Shown here piece by piece: positions 39,863-51,503 of a stretch of DNA of 64,000 bases (the first letter of the stretch is position 1; the number at the start of each line of letters is the position of its first letter). Position numbers and translations under genes: made by a program. The stretch covers positions 1,952,001-2,016,000 of the forward strand of contig CAWELD010000003.1 in the NCBI GenBank assembly GCA_963809895.1, given 5' to 3'. The DNA comes from an uncultured Gemmatimonadales bacterium. Its GTDB lineage: Bacteria; Gemmatimonadota; Gemmatimonadetes; Longimicrobiales; Gaopeijiaceae. The notes beneath the pieces were generated by a model, which was not told the origin of the DNA, did no database searches, and saw nothing but the letters and a program-made list of their open reading frames with translations.

Positions 39863-42459
39863 TCAGCCTCCCCCCACCACCGCCCGCGCCCAATCCCACC
39901 CCTCCAGGCCGGCGCCGTTCACCGCACGCACGCGCACCTCGGTGCCCACCGGCAGCTGCGACAGGGTGACCCCCATGCGCTCGCCGCCCGACGAGGCTTC
40001 ACGTTGCGTTCGCCCTCCTTGCCGTCGGGCGTGGTCCACTGCACGCGGTAGGAGCGCACGTCGGATTCCACGGCGGGCTCCCAGCCGACCTCGACGTCGC
40101 CGCCGACGATGGTGGCCGACGCCTCCTGGAGGCGTGACGGGCTGGAGGCCAGCAGCATGATGGTGGCCACGGTGGTGCGCGCCACCTCGGCCACCAGGCG
40201 CTGGTTCACGGTCTCGAGCCGGTCCGTGGTCTGGTGGTAGTAGGGACTTCCCAGCACCGGGTAGGAGCCGATGCCGCCCACGATATCGCCGTAGGCGTCG
40301 TAGTAGGCGGCCGCGTCGGTGGACTTGTAGTAGAGCGCGTCGTAGGTGATGAGGTCGCTGAACTCGATGGCGGCGGCGTGCTGGATGTCGCGGATGCCGG
40401 GATTCGAGTAGCGGATGGTGTTGTCCAACCGGTAGTCGTTGGCGAAGCCCACCATGTCGTTGTTGAGTGCGCCCACGATGTGCTTGCCGTCTTCCACGGC
40501 CCGACGCACGTACTCCCGGCTGCCCAGGAGCCCCGCCTCCTCGCCTGTGAAGAACGCGAACTCGATGGTGGCCGGCTGCGGATGATCCTTCATGACCCGG
40601 GCCGTCTCCAGGAGCGCGGTGGCACCCGAGGTGTCGTCGTCGGAGCCGGGCCCACGCTCCACCGAGTCGAAGTGGGAGCTTACGGCGTAGACCAGATCCG
40701 GGTCGCGGGTGCCGGGGAGCCTGGCCACGATGTTCGCCGTGCGCACACCCGGGCGGGGCTCGAACCACTGCAGCTCGGGCTCGTAGCCGTACTGCCGCAG
40801 CTTCTTCACGTAGTAGTCGATGGCCTCGGCGTTGCCGGGCTGGGTGATGTACTTGGAGCCCATGGCGAAGAGATCGCGCGCCGCCAGGTAGATGCGGGTC
40901 ACGTCGACGGCCTCGGTGACGGGGCGCACCCGATCGGCGATGGGCTCGAAGGCGCGCCGTCCCCGCTCGCGCAGGTCGTTCTCCGCCGCCTGCATGCGTT
41001 GCACCCGCCGGGTCACCTCGTCGCGGGTCACGGGGCGGGTCAGGTCCACCACGTACACGCCCCGCTCGGGCGACACGGTGTCGCCGTCGCGCTCGCTGAC
41101 CAGGACGACGTGGGCGCCGTCGGGCGACACCACCCACTCGTACTCGGGCGCGATGGTGCGGACGGTGTTGTTGTGGAAGAGCCTCTGCGGCTCGCCACCG
41201 TCCACGTCGTAGAGGAAGGCCCGCCGGTCCCGAGACTCGCCCTTCATGGCCATCACGGTGTGGTCGTCGACCCAGGTCGGCAGGATGTCGTGCTGGATCT
41301 CCCAGGTGAGCTCCCGGGGCTCGCCTTCGCCCGAGGCGTCGGCCACGAAGATCTCCCAGTCGTCGGAGACGCGCTGCTGGAACGCGACCCTGGAGCCGTC
41401 GGGCGACAGCGCGGGACTCGCGAGGGGATCGCGGGTCTGGGTCAGCTCGTGGCTCTCGTTGGTCGCCAGGTCCGTGACCTCGAGGGCGGCGGCACCCTCG
41501 GGCGACGTCACGATGTACGCCACCTTGGTGCCGTCCGCCGATACGGCGGGCTCCACGCCCCCTTCCAGGATGCCCTGGATCTGACCGTCCCGGACCCGGG
41601 CGATACCCCGGGGCGAGAGCGGCAGGAGCACCTCTCCGTCCGCGGCGGGGATCACGATCCCCCGGGCGTTCACCGGCCCCAGGGGCACGGTCTCGGCCAC
41701 GGCGCCGTCGTGGAACCGGAGCAGGTGGTTGCCGGCCCGCCCGGTGGCGGCGACCCAGAGGTCTCCGGAGAAGCGATCCCAGACGGCAGACACCAGGCGT
41801 TCGCCCACCCCTCCCAGATCCAGCGTCACGTCGACTCCGGTGGGCGTGGTCCGCATGACGACGTCGGTGGCCTTGGCCTGGGCGTTGGCGGCTACCCGCA
41901 TGGCGCCCAGGATCGCCTGACGGTTGCCCTGCGCTCGGGCACGCTCGACGGCGGCCCGGGCCACCTCCAGCTCCTGGGTGTCGTGAACCTTCAGGTAGAT
42001 GAGCTTGCCGTCGGGTCCGAAGGCTGCGCCGCGGCCCTCCAGCGTCGCCACCAGCGCGCCGTCCGCCACCTGGACCACCCGGGTCACGGTGCTGTCGTCC
42101 ACCGTCACCTCGAAGCTCACCAGACGACCGTCGGGTGACATGGCCAAGCCGCGGCCGTCGGGAGCCAACTCCCGAACCTCCCACACATCACCCGTGAGCC
42201 GCGCCACCTCCGGCGCCAGGCGCTCGCCGTCGGAGCCCTGGAGCACGTCGAGATATCCTGCGAGCGCCGCAGGGTAATCCCCCTTGTCCCACGCCAGGAA
42301 AGCATCGAACAGACGCGGGTCCTCGGGGGCGGCCGGAAGTTGGGCCGCGGCCGTCGCCGGGCCCGACAGCAGGAGGACGGCGAGGATCGAGAAGGAGCGG
42401 AGGAGCGGCAGAGCGGCGAGAGTGCGGCGGAAGGACGTGCGACGCGGCATGGCGAACAT
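39863..42459 (-). CDS. M28 family peptidase with PD40/TolB-like repeats (frameshift near 39990)
   Basis: Signal peptide; SPDG repeats; SSHFDS, GSDDDTSG, FTGEEAGLLGS, NNDM, YHQTTD. Confidence 0.88.
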
Positions 42460-42500
42460 GCTCCGGGAAGACGATCTGGAGGGAGAGCTGCCCTGCAAAG

Positions 42501-43073
42501 TTAGGGCTCCGGCGGCCTCAACGGGAGCGGGAGCGGCTCCAGGTGGAAGCTGCCCTCGTGGGCACCGACCGTCTTCTCCTTGCCACTCCACTCCTCCACG
42601 TCCAGCCGGTACACGGCCGTGCGCTCGAGCTCCGCGGGGATCACCTGCCGGTAGTCGCGGCCCCGCTCCAGGTGGGGCGCGTAGCGGTCCAGGAGTGCGT
42701 GCAGCGCCTCGGTGGCCTCGTGGTCGTCGTCGACCTGCCGCAACCCGCCGCGCACCACCACGCCCGAGTACTCCACGCTGAACTCCAGCGCCTCGTCGGC
42801 CGGGAGCAGCCGGCCCATGGTGGCCGCGGTGAAGGCGGCCGGCACCGCCCGGCCCTCGGCGGTGGCGTCGGGCATGGCGCCGGTCCGGTGGGTGTGGACG
42901 TAGATGCGGTCCGGATCCTCCACGAAGACGAACAGGTTGCTGTTCACGTGAGGAGGACCGTCGGGAGTCGCCAGCGCCAGCACACCCCAGGGCGCGCGGC
43001 CCAGGTACTCCCGGATCCAGGCGTCCTCGCGACTCCGGTCACGGCGGCGTGGCTCGACGACACGTGCGCTCAC
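42501..43073 (-). CDS. Pyridoxamine 5'-phosphate oxidase-like flavin-binding protein (NimA-like)
   Basis: RRRDR, IYVH, FSVEYSGVVVRG, TAVYRLDVEEWSGK; GTGA overlap with DinB gene. Confidence 0.85.
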   Translation of the reverse strand: MSARVVEPRRRDRSREDAWIREYLGRAPWGVLALATPDGPPHVNSNLFVFVEDPDRIYVHTHRTGAMPDATAEGRAVPAAFTAATMGRLLPADEALEFSVEYSGVVVRGGLRQVDDDHEATEALHALLDRYAPHLERGRDYRQVIPAELERTAVYRLDVEEWSGKEKTVGAHEGSFHLEPLPLPLRPPEP

Positions 43074-43597
43074 CCGCCGTCCCCCACGCCGTAGACGCCC
43101 CGCAGGATCCCGCGATGGTGCAGCTCGTGACCGGCGATGACCCAGAAGAAGCTGCGCACGGTGAAGCCCACGCCCGACGCCACCCCCTCGGCCCGAAGGG
43201 CGTCGTCGTCCATCCCCAGGACCAGCGCCACCGTGTCGGCGCGCACGGCGGCCCACTCCTGCAGCAGCTCGCCCAGGGGGCGATCCCCCGCGTTGCTGAG
43301 CGCCGCCCAGTCGTCCTGCTCCATGCCCGGCAGCTCCACGTGGGGCGCCCGCGCGATCCACAGGGCCCGTCCGGCGAACACGCGCTCGGTGTCGATCACG
43401 TGGCCCACCACCTGCCGCACGCTCCACTTGCCCGGCGCGTAACGATACGTCTCGCGCTCCGGGTCCACGGCGTCCAGCAGCTCCCGGCTCTCCTCGAACT
43501 GGCGCTCCAGCGTCAGCGCGATGTCGCCTTCGGGGACCAGCGAGACGTAGCGGTCGTAGTACTCGGCGTACTCGGATCGGTCGGGCCGGAGGCTCAT
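43070..43597 (-). CDS. DinB family protein
   Basis: [30 protein letters not shown]. Confidence 0.92.
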   Translation of the reverse strand: MSLRPDRSEYAEYYDRYVSLVPEGDIALTLERQFEESRELLDAVDPERETYRYAPGKWSVRQVVGHVIDTERVFAGRALWIARAPHVELPGMEQDDWAALSNAGDRPLGELLQEWAAVRADTVALVLGMDDDALRAEGVASGVGFTVRSFFWVIAGHELHHRGILRGVYGVGDGG

Positions 43598-44827
43598 GGC
43601 CGGGCTCCCCCGGCTACCCCGGCGGCGTCAGCGTCCGAGGTGGCGGCGTGGCCGTCGAGCTGCTCGATGGTGGCAGTGGAGGGCGGACGCTCACGCTGCA
43701 GGCGGCGCGCCACCCCTTCGGCTTCGCGCAACACACGCAGGATATTCTCGCCGGCGAGCTTGCGCAGATCCGCCTCGCTCCAGCCCCGGTGGGCGAGCTC
43801 CAGGAAGAGGGCCGGATAGGTGGACACGTCTTCGAGGCCCACCGGCGTGGAGGTGATGCCGTCGAAGTCGGCGCCGATGCCCACGTGGTCGATGCCCGCC
43901 ACGTCGCGGATGTGCTCGACGTGGTCCGCCACGTCGGCGATGGACGCCCGGGGCGCGTCGGCCTCGGGCCCCTCCCAGGTGCGCACCTCTTCACTGTCGA
44001 ACGACGGCACGAAGGTCACCATGACCACGCCCCCGTTGTCCGGGAGCCGCCGGAGCACCTGATCGGGCACGTTGCGAACGTGATCGGTGAGCGCCCGGGC
44101 CGACGAGTGGGAGAAGATGACCGGCGCCTCGGCCACGTCCAGCGCGTCGTTCATGGTCTCGGGCGAGGTGTGCGACAGGTCCACCAGCATGCCCAGCCGG
44201 TTCATCTCGCGCACCACTTCCCTGCCGAACTCGGTGAGTCCGTGGTGGAGCGGGTCGTCGGTGGCCGAATCCGCCCAGTCGTTGTTGCAGCCGTGGGTGA
44301 GCGTCATGTAGCGCACCCCGTCCTCGTAGTAGGCGCGCAGCGCGCCCAGCGAGTTCTCGATGGCGTGGCCGCCCTCGATCGCCCATGAACGAGGCGATGC
44401 GGCCGGCCCCGAAGATCCGGTCCACGTCGGAGGCGGTGTAGGCCTCGGTGAAGACGTCGGGATACATGGCGAACACGCGCTTGGCGATGTCGATCTGCTC
44501 GAGCTGCGTCTTGGCCGCCCCCTCTTCCACCGACTCGCAGGGGATGTAGACCGACCAGAACTGTCCGCCCAGGTGCCCGGCCCGGAGTCTGGGAATGTCC
44601 GTGTGGCCGGTGGTGTGCCCACGCAGCCCGTAGGCCCCGACGTCCATGGGCGCGGTCTCGGACTCGCGGATCGCCCACGGCAGGTCGTTGTGGCCGTCGA
44701 TGAGCGGGGTCGTGGCAAGCACGCGCTGGACCAGGTCCGCGGCTGCGTCCTGCGCGGCGAGGGGCGATGCGGGGACGGCCACGAGTGCGGCGATGGTGGC
44801 GGCAGTGGCGAAGGCGACACGCTTCAT
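43594..44827 (-). CDS. M19 membrane dipeptidase family protein (frameshift near 44380)
   Basis: [48 protein letters not shown]. Confidence 0.9.
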
Positions 44828-44991
44828 GGGATTCTCGGGGCTCCGGTTCCTGGGCACGGGAGAGGAATGGTTACCGGTGAGGCCCGGCGGCGGCAAGACG
44901 CCAGGCTTCCCGACCTGTGAAGCCGCCGGATCCTGATCTCGTAGCGGGGTACGAAAGGTCCCATTCCCTCATCTCCCCGCACGACGCAGCC

Positions 44992-46671
44992 ATGGCAGAC
45001 GCAGCAACCGCGGTTCTCGAGCCTCAGGACGTACCGGTCTTCAAGGCCCTCAAGAAGCTGAAGGGGCGGGCGACGGTCGGTGACGTGTCGTCGGCAACCG
45101 GGCTACCGCAGTCCGAGTCCGAAGCGGCCCTGCGCCGACTGCTGGAAGGTCGCCAGGGCCACCTCGAGGTGGGTGAGCGGGGCGATCTGGTCTACGCCTT
45201 CCAGCCCGGTCTCCTGGAGCGAGGCCGGGTCTCCACCTGGACGAGGCTCAAGCAGGGCGCCTGGTCGTTCTTCAAGAAGGCGTTCAAGATCTGGATCGTG
45301 GTCATGCTGGTGGTCTATCTGGTCATCTTCGTGGCGTTGCTGTTGGCCGCGTTGTTCGCCGATCGGGACGGAGATTCCGGGGGATTGGGGGGCGGACGCG
45401 GGCGCCGCCGCGGAGGAGGCCTACCTCTGGGCGACATGCTCTTCTGGTACTGGATCTGGTCGCCGGGATGGCGGCGCCGACCCTACTACGGCGAAGGCTA
45501 CGGACAGCCCGCGCGCAAGCGGAAGCGCGGCGAGCGACCCCAGGGACCGCCCTTCTACAAGAAGGTGTTCGCCTTCGTCTTCGGCCCCGACGAGCCGGTG
45601 CGCACGCAGGCCGAGAAGGACCGGGACCTCATGCGCTTCATCCGCGCCCGCCGGGGCGTAGTGAGCGCGGCCGAGCTGGTGCAGCACACGGGGATGGGGC
45701 TGGACGAGGCCGACTCGGAGCTCGCCAGGCTCATGGCCGCCCAGGACGGCGACGTGAAGGTGTCCGACGACGGGACCCTCCTGTACGTCTTCCCTGGGCT
45801 GATGGTGAGCGCCCACGGGCAGGTGCAGGAGCGCGAGCCGTCTCCGGCCTGGCGCCGCCTGGAGCCCAAGCGCCCGGTGACGGGCAACAAGGTGGGCACC
45901 AACGTCGTCATCGCCGGCATCAACGGGTTCAACCTGGTGGCGGCAGCCACCGCGCCGCTCTTCATCTTCCCGCGGCTGGGCCTGGGAGGGCCCGCCGCCG
46001 AGATCGGCCTCATCTGGATCCCGGTGGTCTTCAGCACGATGTTCTTCTCCGTCCCCCTGCTACGGACGGTGGGCGTGGCCCGGGAGAACGCCAAGCGCGC
46101 CGCCCGTAACGTGCGCAAGATCCTGGTGGGGCTGGTGTCGAAGGTGAGTCTCGGGGGATCGAAGGCCGAGCCGCTGGCCGGCCCCGAGGCCGTGTCCCGG
46201 GTCCGCGAGGTCCTCTCGGGCAAGGCCCACGCGAAGGTGGACGTGGGCGGCTCGCTGGACCGCCTGGTGGCCGAGTTCGACGGCGACGTGGAGCCTGGCG
46301 CCGACGGCGCCCTGAGCTTCCGCTTTCCGGGCTTCCGCCGGCAGGTGGCCGCGGCGCACCACGCCCGCCTGCAGATGGCGCTGGAGCGTCGGCGGGTGGG
46401 CGACATCGTCTATTCCAGCGACGACGAGCCCGCCGAGCAGGGCCGCCGCGACCTGGAAGCCTTCGACCGCGAGCTGGCGGCGGGTGCTCCCGGCGCTGGC
46501 GAGGACGCGCTCACGCCCTCGGACACGGAGTCCGACGAGCCCATGGCGCTTCCGCCGGCCGACGACCTGACGGCCTACCTCAACGACCCGCTACGCACCG
46601 GCTACCGGGACGAGCGTGAGCTGGCCGCCATGCAGCAGCAGATGCGGGAGCAGGCCGCGGCCAGGCGGTAG
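44992..46671 (+). CDS. Conserved membrane protein resembling the At5g03900-like family
   Basis: ATVGDV..GL...E.AL..L....GHLEV..GDLVYAF module recurring about three times; FAFVFGP; TM segments. Confidence 0.7.
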   Translation: MADAATAVLEPQDVPVFKALKKLKGRATVGDVSSATGLPQSESEAALRRLLEGRQGHLEVGERGDLVYAFQPGLLERGRVSTWTRLKQGAWSFFKKAFKIWIVVMLVVYLVIFVALLLAALFADRDGDSGGLGGGRGRRRGGGLPLGDMLFWYWIWSPGWRRRPYYGEGYGQPARKRKRGERPQGPPFYKKVFAFVFGPDEPVRTQAEKDRDLMRFIRARRGVVSAAELVQHTGMGLDEADSELARLMAAQDGDVKVSDDGTLLYVFPGLMVSAHGQVQEREPSPAWRRLEPKRPVTGNKVGTNVVIAGINGFNLVAAATAPLFIFPRLGLGGPAAEIGLIWIPVVFSTMFFSVPLLRTVGVARENAKRAARNVRKILVGLVSKVSLGGSKAEPLAGPEAVSRVREVLSGKAHAKVDVGGSLDRLVAEFDGDVEPGADGALSFRFPGFRRQVAAAHHARLQMALERRRVGDIVYSSDDEPAEQGRRDLEAFDRELAAGAPGAGEDALTPSDTESDEPMALPPADDLTAYLNDPLRTGYRDERELAAMQQQMREQAAARR

Positions 46672-47089
46672 CGCGGCGGCAACTCGGCGCGACACGGCCA
46701 GCGCGCGCAGCACCATCCCCGACGACACGACGGCGCGCCTTTCAGTCGCCCGAGGTCGGCCGGGTGATGCAAAGATACCCCTCGGCGAGTCCACGGACGA
46801 TGCGCGGATCGATTGGGCGCGCAGGCCGAGCCGAATCGCGGCAGACGTGGATCGCACCGGCGCGATCAAGCGGTGTTGGCTCGTCGACCGAGGCGAACCC
46901 GGCGCCCGGTCGAAAGAGAAGCCACGCCCGGAGGGTTCGCATCACGCGCCGGCGTGCGCGCAGGACCACGCCGACCGATCCGCGCATGACGCAGCCGCAT
47001 CGCGACGGCAGACGACATCGGGGATGCATGCCTGGCCGGCACGCGTCCCCATGCGCCGCTTCCTGGCGGATCGCCCCCGCCCGGCAGAG

Positions 47090-47143
47090 CGCCTCTGCCG
47101 GCCCGACCGCTTCTGCCCGGCCGGCCGCCTCTGCCCGCCCGAC
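47090..47143. repeat. Three 18-bp tandem repeats just downstream of the fdh stop
   Basis: CGCCTCTGCCGGCCCGAC / CGCTTCTGCCCGGCCGGC / CGCCTCTGCCCGCCCGAC. Confidence 0.7.
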
Positions 47144-47148
47144 CGGCT

Positions 47149-49902
47149 TCAGTCGGCCGCCGCGTCTCCCGGCCGCCGCGCCGGCGCCTCGGCCGGCTCC
47201 ACCCTCACGGGGCACACCTTCAGCTCGGCGGTGTCGGTGACCGGGTCGTAGCCCGCGCCGGTCAGGACGTTGATGGGCACGTCGTTGAAGGCGAACGACG
47301 AGAACACGGTGCCCCGGGGGCTCTTGGTCGTGGCCTTCACCCGGACCCGCACCTCGCCCCGGCGACTGGCCATGCGGGCCCATCCGCCGTCCTCCAGACC
47401 CCACGCCTCCACGTCGGCGGGATGCACCTCCAGGACCTCTTCCGGCAGCAGGTAGTCGATGCCAGCGGAGCGCCCCGTCTGCGTACGGGTGTGGTACGAC
47501 GCCAGCCGGCGGCCCGTCGTGAGCCACACGGGATAGTTCTCGTCCACCGACTCGGCCGGATCCCGGTAGCGGATCATCTTGAAGACGCCGCGCCCGTTGA
47601 TGAACTCGGTCTCGTGGAGCCGGGGCGTGCCGGGATGGCCGTCGAAGGGGACGGGCCACTGATAGCTGTGGTCCCCGGCGGAGATCTTGTCCCAGTCGAT
47701 GCCGTGGTAGGTGGGGCTGAGCTCACACAGCTCGTTGAAGACCTCGTCGGGTCCGCTCCAATCGAAGCCCTTGAATCCCATGCGCTTGGCCAACTGGGCC
47801 ACGATCCACCAGTCGGGCTTGGCTTCGCCCGGAGGGGGCACCGCGGCCCGCAGCCGCTGCACCCGTCGATCGGTGTTGGTGCACGAGCCGTCGGTCTCGG
47901 CCCACGCCGAGGCCGGGAACACGACATCGGCCAGCTCGCCGGTCTCGGTGAGGAAGATGTCCACCACCACCAGGAAGTCGAGGCTCTCAAGCGCGTGCTC
48001 ACAGTGGGCGCGGTCCGGGTCCGACACCACCGTGTTCTCGCCGTCGATGAGCATGGCGCGGATCTGGTCACCGGCCATGTTGAGCGCCTTCACCTTGGTG
48101 GGGCCCTTCTCGAGCTCCACCCTGGTGCCCCAGGCCTTCTCGAACTTGGCCTGGTTCGCGGGATCGGTGACGGACTGGAAGCCGGGATAGTTGTTGGGGA
48201 GCGCGCCGGTGTCGCCGGCGCCCTGGATGTTGTTCTGCCCGCGCATGGGGTTCACGCCCGTGCCCTCACGGCCGATGTTGCCGGTCATGAGCGCCAGGTT
48301 GCACAGGCTCTGGACGTTGTCCACGCCGCAGATGTGCTCGGTGATGCCCAGGGTGTAGTAGATGGCGCCACGGTCGGCGCCACCGTACAGGAGGGCGGCC
48401 TTCTCGATGTCCGCGGCGGGCACGCCGGTGATGGTCTCCGCCCACTCGGGCGTGAACTCCTTCACGTGCTCCAGGAAGTCTTCGCCCTCGGCGGTGCGCT
48501 CGGCCACGAAGGCGTCGTTCACCAGCCCTTCGCGAGCGATGACGTGGGCGATGGCCAGCAGGAGCGCCGAATCCGAGCCCACGCGCAGCGGCAGATAGAT
48601 GTCCGCCAGCTCCGCCAGCCGGATCTTGCGCGGATCCGCCACGATCATCTTCGCCCCCCGGGCCAGCGCCTTCTTGAGGCGTGTGGCGGCCACGGGGTGG
48701 CACTCGGTCATGTTGGTGCCGATGCAGAAGATGACGTCCGGCTTCTCCATGTCCGGGAGCGGGTTCGACATGGCGCCCCGCCCGATCTGTGCCGCCAGAC
48801 CGGCGACTGTGGGAGCGTGTCAGGCACGGCTGCAGTTGTCGATGTACGATGTGCCCAACCCCGCCCGCACGAATTTCTGCATGGTGTAGCCGGCCTCGTT
48901 GGGCGCGCGCCCCGACGCCACCGCGTACAGCGAGTGACGGCCGTGCTCGTTCACGGCGGCCAGCAGCCCCGCCGCCGCCTTGTCCAGCGCTTCGTCCCAG
49001 GTGGCGGGCACGAGCTGGCCGTGATCGTTCCGCACCAGCGGGGTCTTCAGCCGGTCGGGGTGTTCCACGAAGTCGAAGGCGAACTGGCCCTTCACGCACA
49101 GGGCGCCCTCGTTGGCGGGCCCGTCCATGGCCGGCAGGATGCCCACCACGTCGTCGCCCCGGGTCATGACGTCGACGCTGCAGCCCACGCCGCAGTACGG
49201 GCAGATGGTCCGGGTGGTCTCGGTCTCGCCGGGCACGTCCTTGTTGGCCAGCGCCTTCAGGTCGGCCAACGCCCCGGTGGGGCAGGTCTGCACGCACTGG
49301 CCGCAGAAGGTGCACGCCGAGTCCTTCAACAGCCCGTCGAACTCCACGGTGATCTGCGTGTCGAAGCCGCGGTTCTTCACGCTGATGGCGTAGTCACCCT
49401 CCTGCTCGGCGCACACGCGCACGCAGCGGTAGCAGGAGATGCAGTTCTCGTAGTCCCGCAGAATGAAGGGGTTCGGGTCGTCGGGCCGTGAGTGCCCGCT
49501 CTTCGCGCCCTGGAAGCGACCGCTGCGCGCGCCGTAGCGATCCACCAGCGTGCGCAGCTCCTGCGAGGCGTACCCGCTGAGCTCGTCCACGTCCAGGTCC
49601 CGCTGCTCCGACGCCACCATCTCCAGGAGCACGCGCCGATGCATCTCCAGCGCGCCGCTCTTCGTCTTCACGCGCATGCCGGGCTCGGCGCGGGTGGTGC
49701 ACGACGCCACCGGGCTCTTCGCGCCCTCGAGCTCGACGATGCAGAGGCGGCATCCCCCGAAAGCCTCCAGCCGATCGTCGTAGCAGAGAGTGGGGATTTC
49801 CTTGTGATGGCGCTCGGCCACCTGGAAGACGGTCTCGCCGGGCGTGAAGGGGACTTCTTCGCCGTCCAGGAAGAGCGCGGGCTTGCGGGCGTCAGCGGAC
49901 AT
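47149..49902 (-). CDS. fdhF: Selenocysteine formate dehydrogenase alpha subunit with N-terminal Fe-S domains (917 aa, Sec361)
   Basis: ORFs 48820..49902 and 47149..48771 are in frame across TGA 48820-48822: DNCSRA-U-HAPTVAGL; CPYCGVGC, RGQNNIQG. Confidence 0.93.
48791..48807 (-). promoter_or_regulatory. Bacterial SECIS hairpin
   Basis: GUCGCC-GGUCU-GGCGGC starting 12 nt after the UGA; loop resembles E. coli fdhF SECIS. Confidence 0.82.
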
Positions 49903-50028
49903 GGTGCACCTGCTCGGGAACCACTCGGGGCCGGACCGTCCGACCCGGTCTCCTAATGGGTATCGCGCAGCGGAGAGGCGAGCAAGCGGCCCCCGGGGGC
50001 GAGGGGCCGCCGCTCCCGCCCGCCGACG

Positions 50029-50949
50029 CTACCGCTCGCCACCCATCCGGGGCGGCGGACCGGCGTTCACCTTCACCTCCTGGACCACGAAGCTCATGGT
50101 GAAGGAGTCCTCGGCCAGCATCTGCTCCATCTTCTCGAGCTGACCTCCCATCATCTTCTCCATCATGGCGCGCTGGGCTTCGGGCATGTCCGCCATCTTG
50201 GCCTTGGCCTCCGCCAACTGCTTGCGGGTCTTCTCGCGCTCCTCGGGCGACATGGAGCCGGATGCCATCCCCGACATGCTGATCTCGGTCTTGAAGGGAT
50301 GGAGGAGGCCGTCGACGTCGCGGTAGTCGGAGAGGAGCGAGGTCATGGTGACCGGCCGAGGCTCGCCGCTCGCCGACATCTCACCCTCCATGGTGATGCG
50401 CCGCGGAACGTAGTTCTCCTTGTCCAGGCACATGGTCATGGACTTCATGTCGAGGGCGCCCTCAGCGCCCTCCGCGAGCGACGCCAGCGCCGCCGGGTCG
50501 TCCACCTTGATGACCCAGCAGTCGTGGCCGTCGATCTGGTCGGATCCGTCCAGGGCCGCGTGGTCCTTCATGAGCCGCATGGTCTCCGCGGGCGACCGGC
50601 GCACACCGGCCTCCTCCTGCATCTTCATGATGCTGTCCATGGAGGGCGCGGTCGGCGTGCTCGAGCGGAAGACGGGATGTCCGTCCACCATGGTCTTCTC
50701 GAAATACATCGTCATGCCGCCCTCATCGCCCATGGCGCCGCCCATGCTACCCAGGCCTTCGGCGGACTGCACGACGGTGTAGTTGTCGATCCCCTCCATG
50801 CGCTGGTCGTACGCCTGCAGCGCGTTGTCGAGGATCTCCGATGCGGACTGCGCCGCGCCCAGAGACGGAAGGGCGCACACGAGCGCGCCCGCCAGCAGGG
50901 CGGGCCCGGTGAAGCGACGGCCGAGCGGGTGTGGAGGGGTCATGGTCAT
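50029..50949 (-). CDS. Secreted Met-rich hypothetical protein (LolA-like fold possible)
   Basis: Signal peptide ..LGAAQ; GSDQIDGHDCWVIK, SDYRDVDGLLHPF. Confidence 0.72.
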   Translation of the reverse strand: MTMTPPHPLGRRFTGPALLAGALVCALPSLGAAQSASEILDNALQAYDQRMEGIDNYTVVQSAEGLGSMGGAMGDEGGMTMYFEKTMVDGHPVFRSSTPTAPSMDSIMKMQEEAGVRRSPAETMRLMKDHAALDGSDQIDGHDCWVIKVDDPAALASLAEGAEGALDMKSMTMCLDKENYVPRRITMEGEMSASGEPRPVTMTSLLSDYRDVDGLLHPFKTEISMSGMASGSMSPEEREKTRKQLAEAKAKMADMPEAQRAMMEKMMGGQLEKMEQMLAEDSFTMSFVVQEVKVNAGPPPRMGGER

Positions 50950-51032
50950 CTCACGGTGCGAGGAACGGTGGGGCATCCTGGTACAACGGGAGACGGGTCG
51001 TTGGTCCGCCACGGCTGTGGTCAGGCGCGAGC

Positions 51033-51407
51033 CTATTCTTCGGCTTCGACCTCACGGGCGCACGACACGCACAGACGCGACCAGGGGACCATCTCCAGTC
51101 GCTCCTTGTCGATCTTCTTCCCACAGCGCTGGCAGGTCTCGAAGGCCTCGGGATCGTCGCGCAGCGTGCGCAGCGCCTCGTCGATCTCGGCCACGCGCTC
51201 GCTCAGCCGCGAGGCCTGCATGAAGTCGGCCTCCTCTTCCTGCATGTCCGAGGCGACCTCGGCCCCTGCGGCGAAGCGGGTCACGTTCCCTCCGGAGACG
51301 GATTGGGGCTCGGACTCCTCTTCTTCGATCCGGTGGACGTCACGGTTGGCCTGTTCGCGGGCCTTCAGAAGCAGGGACTCGTAACGCTCTCTGCGACGTT
51401 CCTTCAT
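51033..51407 (-). CDS. TraR/DksA C4 zinc-finger protein
   Basis: EIDEAL, CQRCGKKI..ERLEMVPW..LCVSC. Confidence 0.9.
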   Translation of the reverse strand: MKERRRERYESLLLKAREQANRDVHRIEEEESEPQSVSGGNVTRFAAGAEVASDMQEEEADFMQASRLSERVAEIDEALRTLRDDPEAFETCQRCGKKIDKERLEMVPWSRLCVSCAREVEAEE

Positions 51408-51503
51408 GGGATGGCTCCCCGTTGAAGACGGGAGGATCTCTCGGTATCAAGACGGCGCATCAATCGTGCCGGATCGCTCACGATCGCGCCATGCCCGACG
51501 CCC

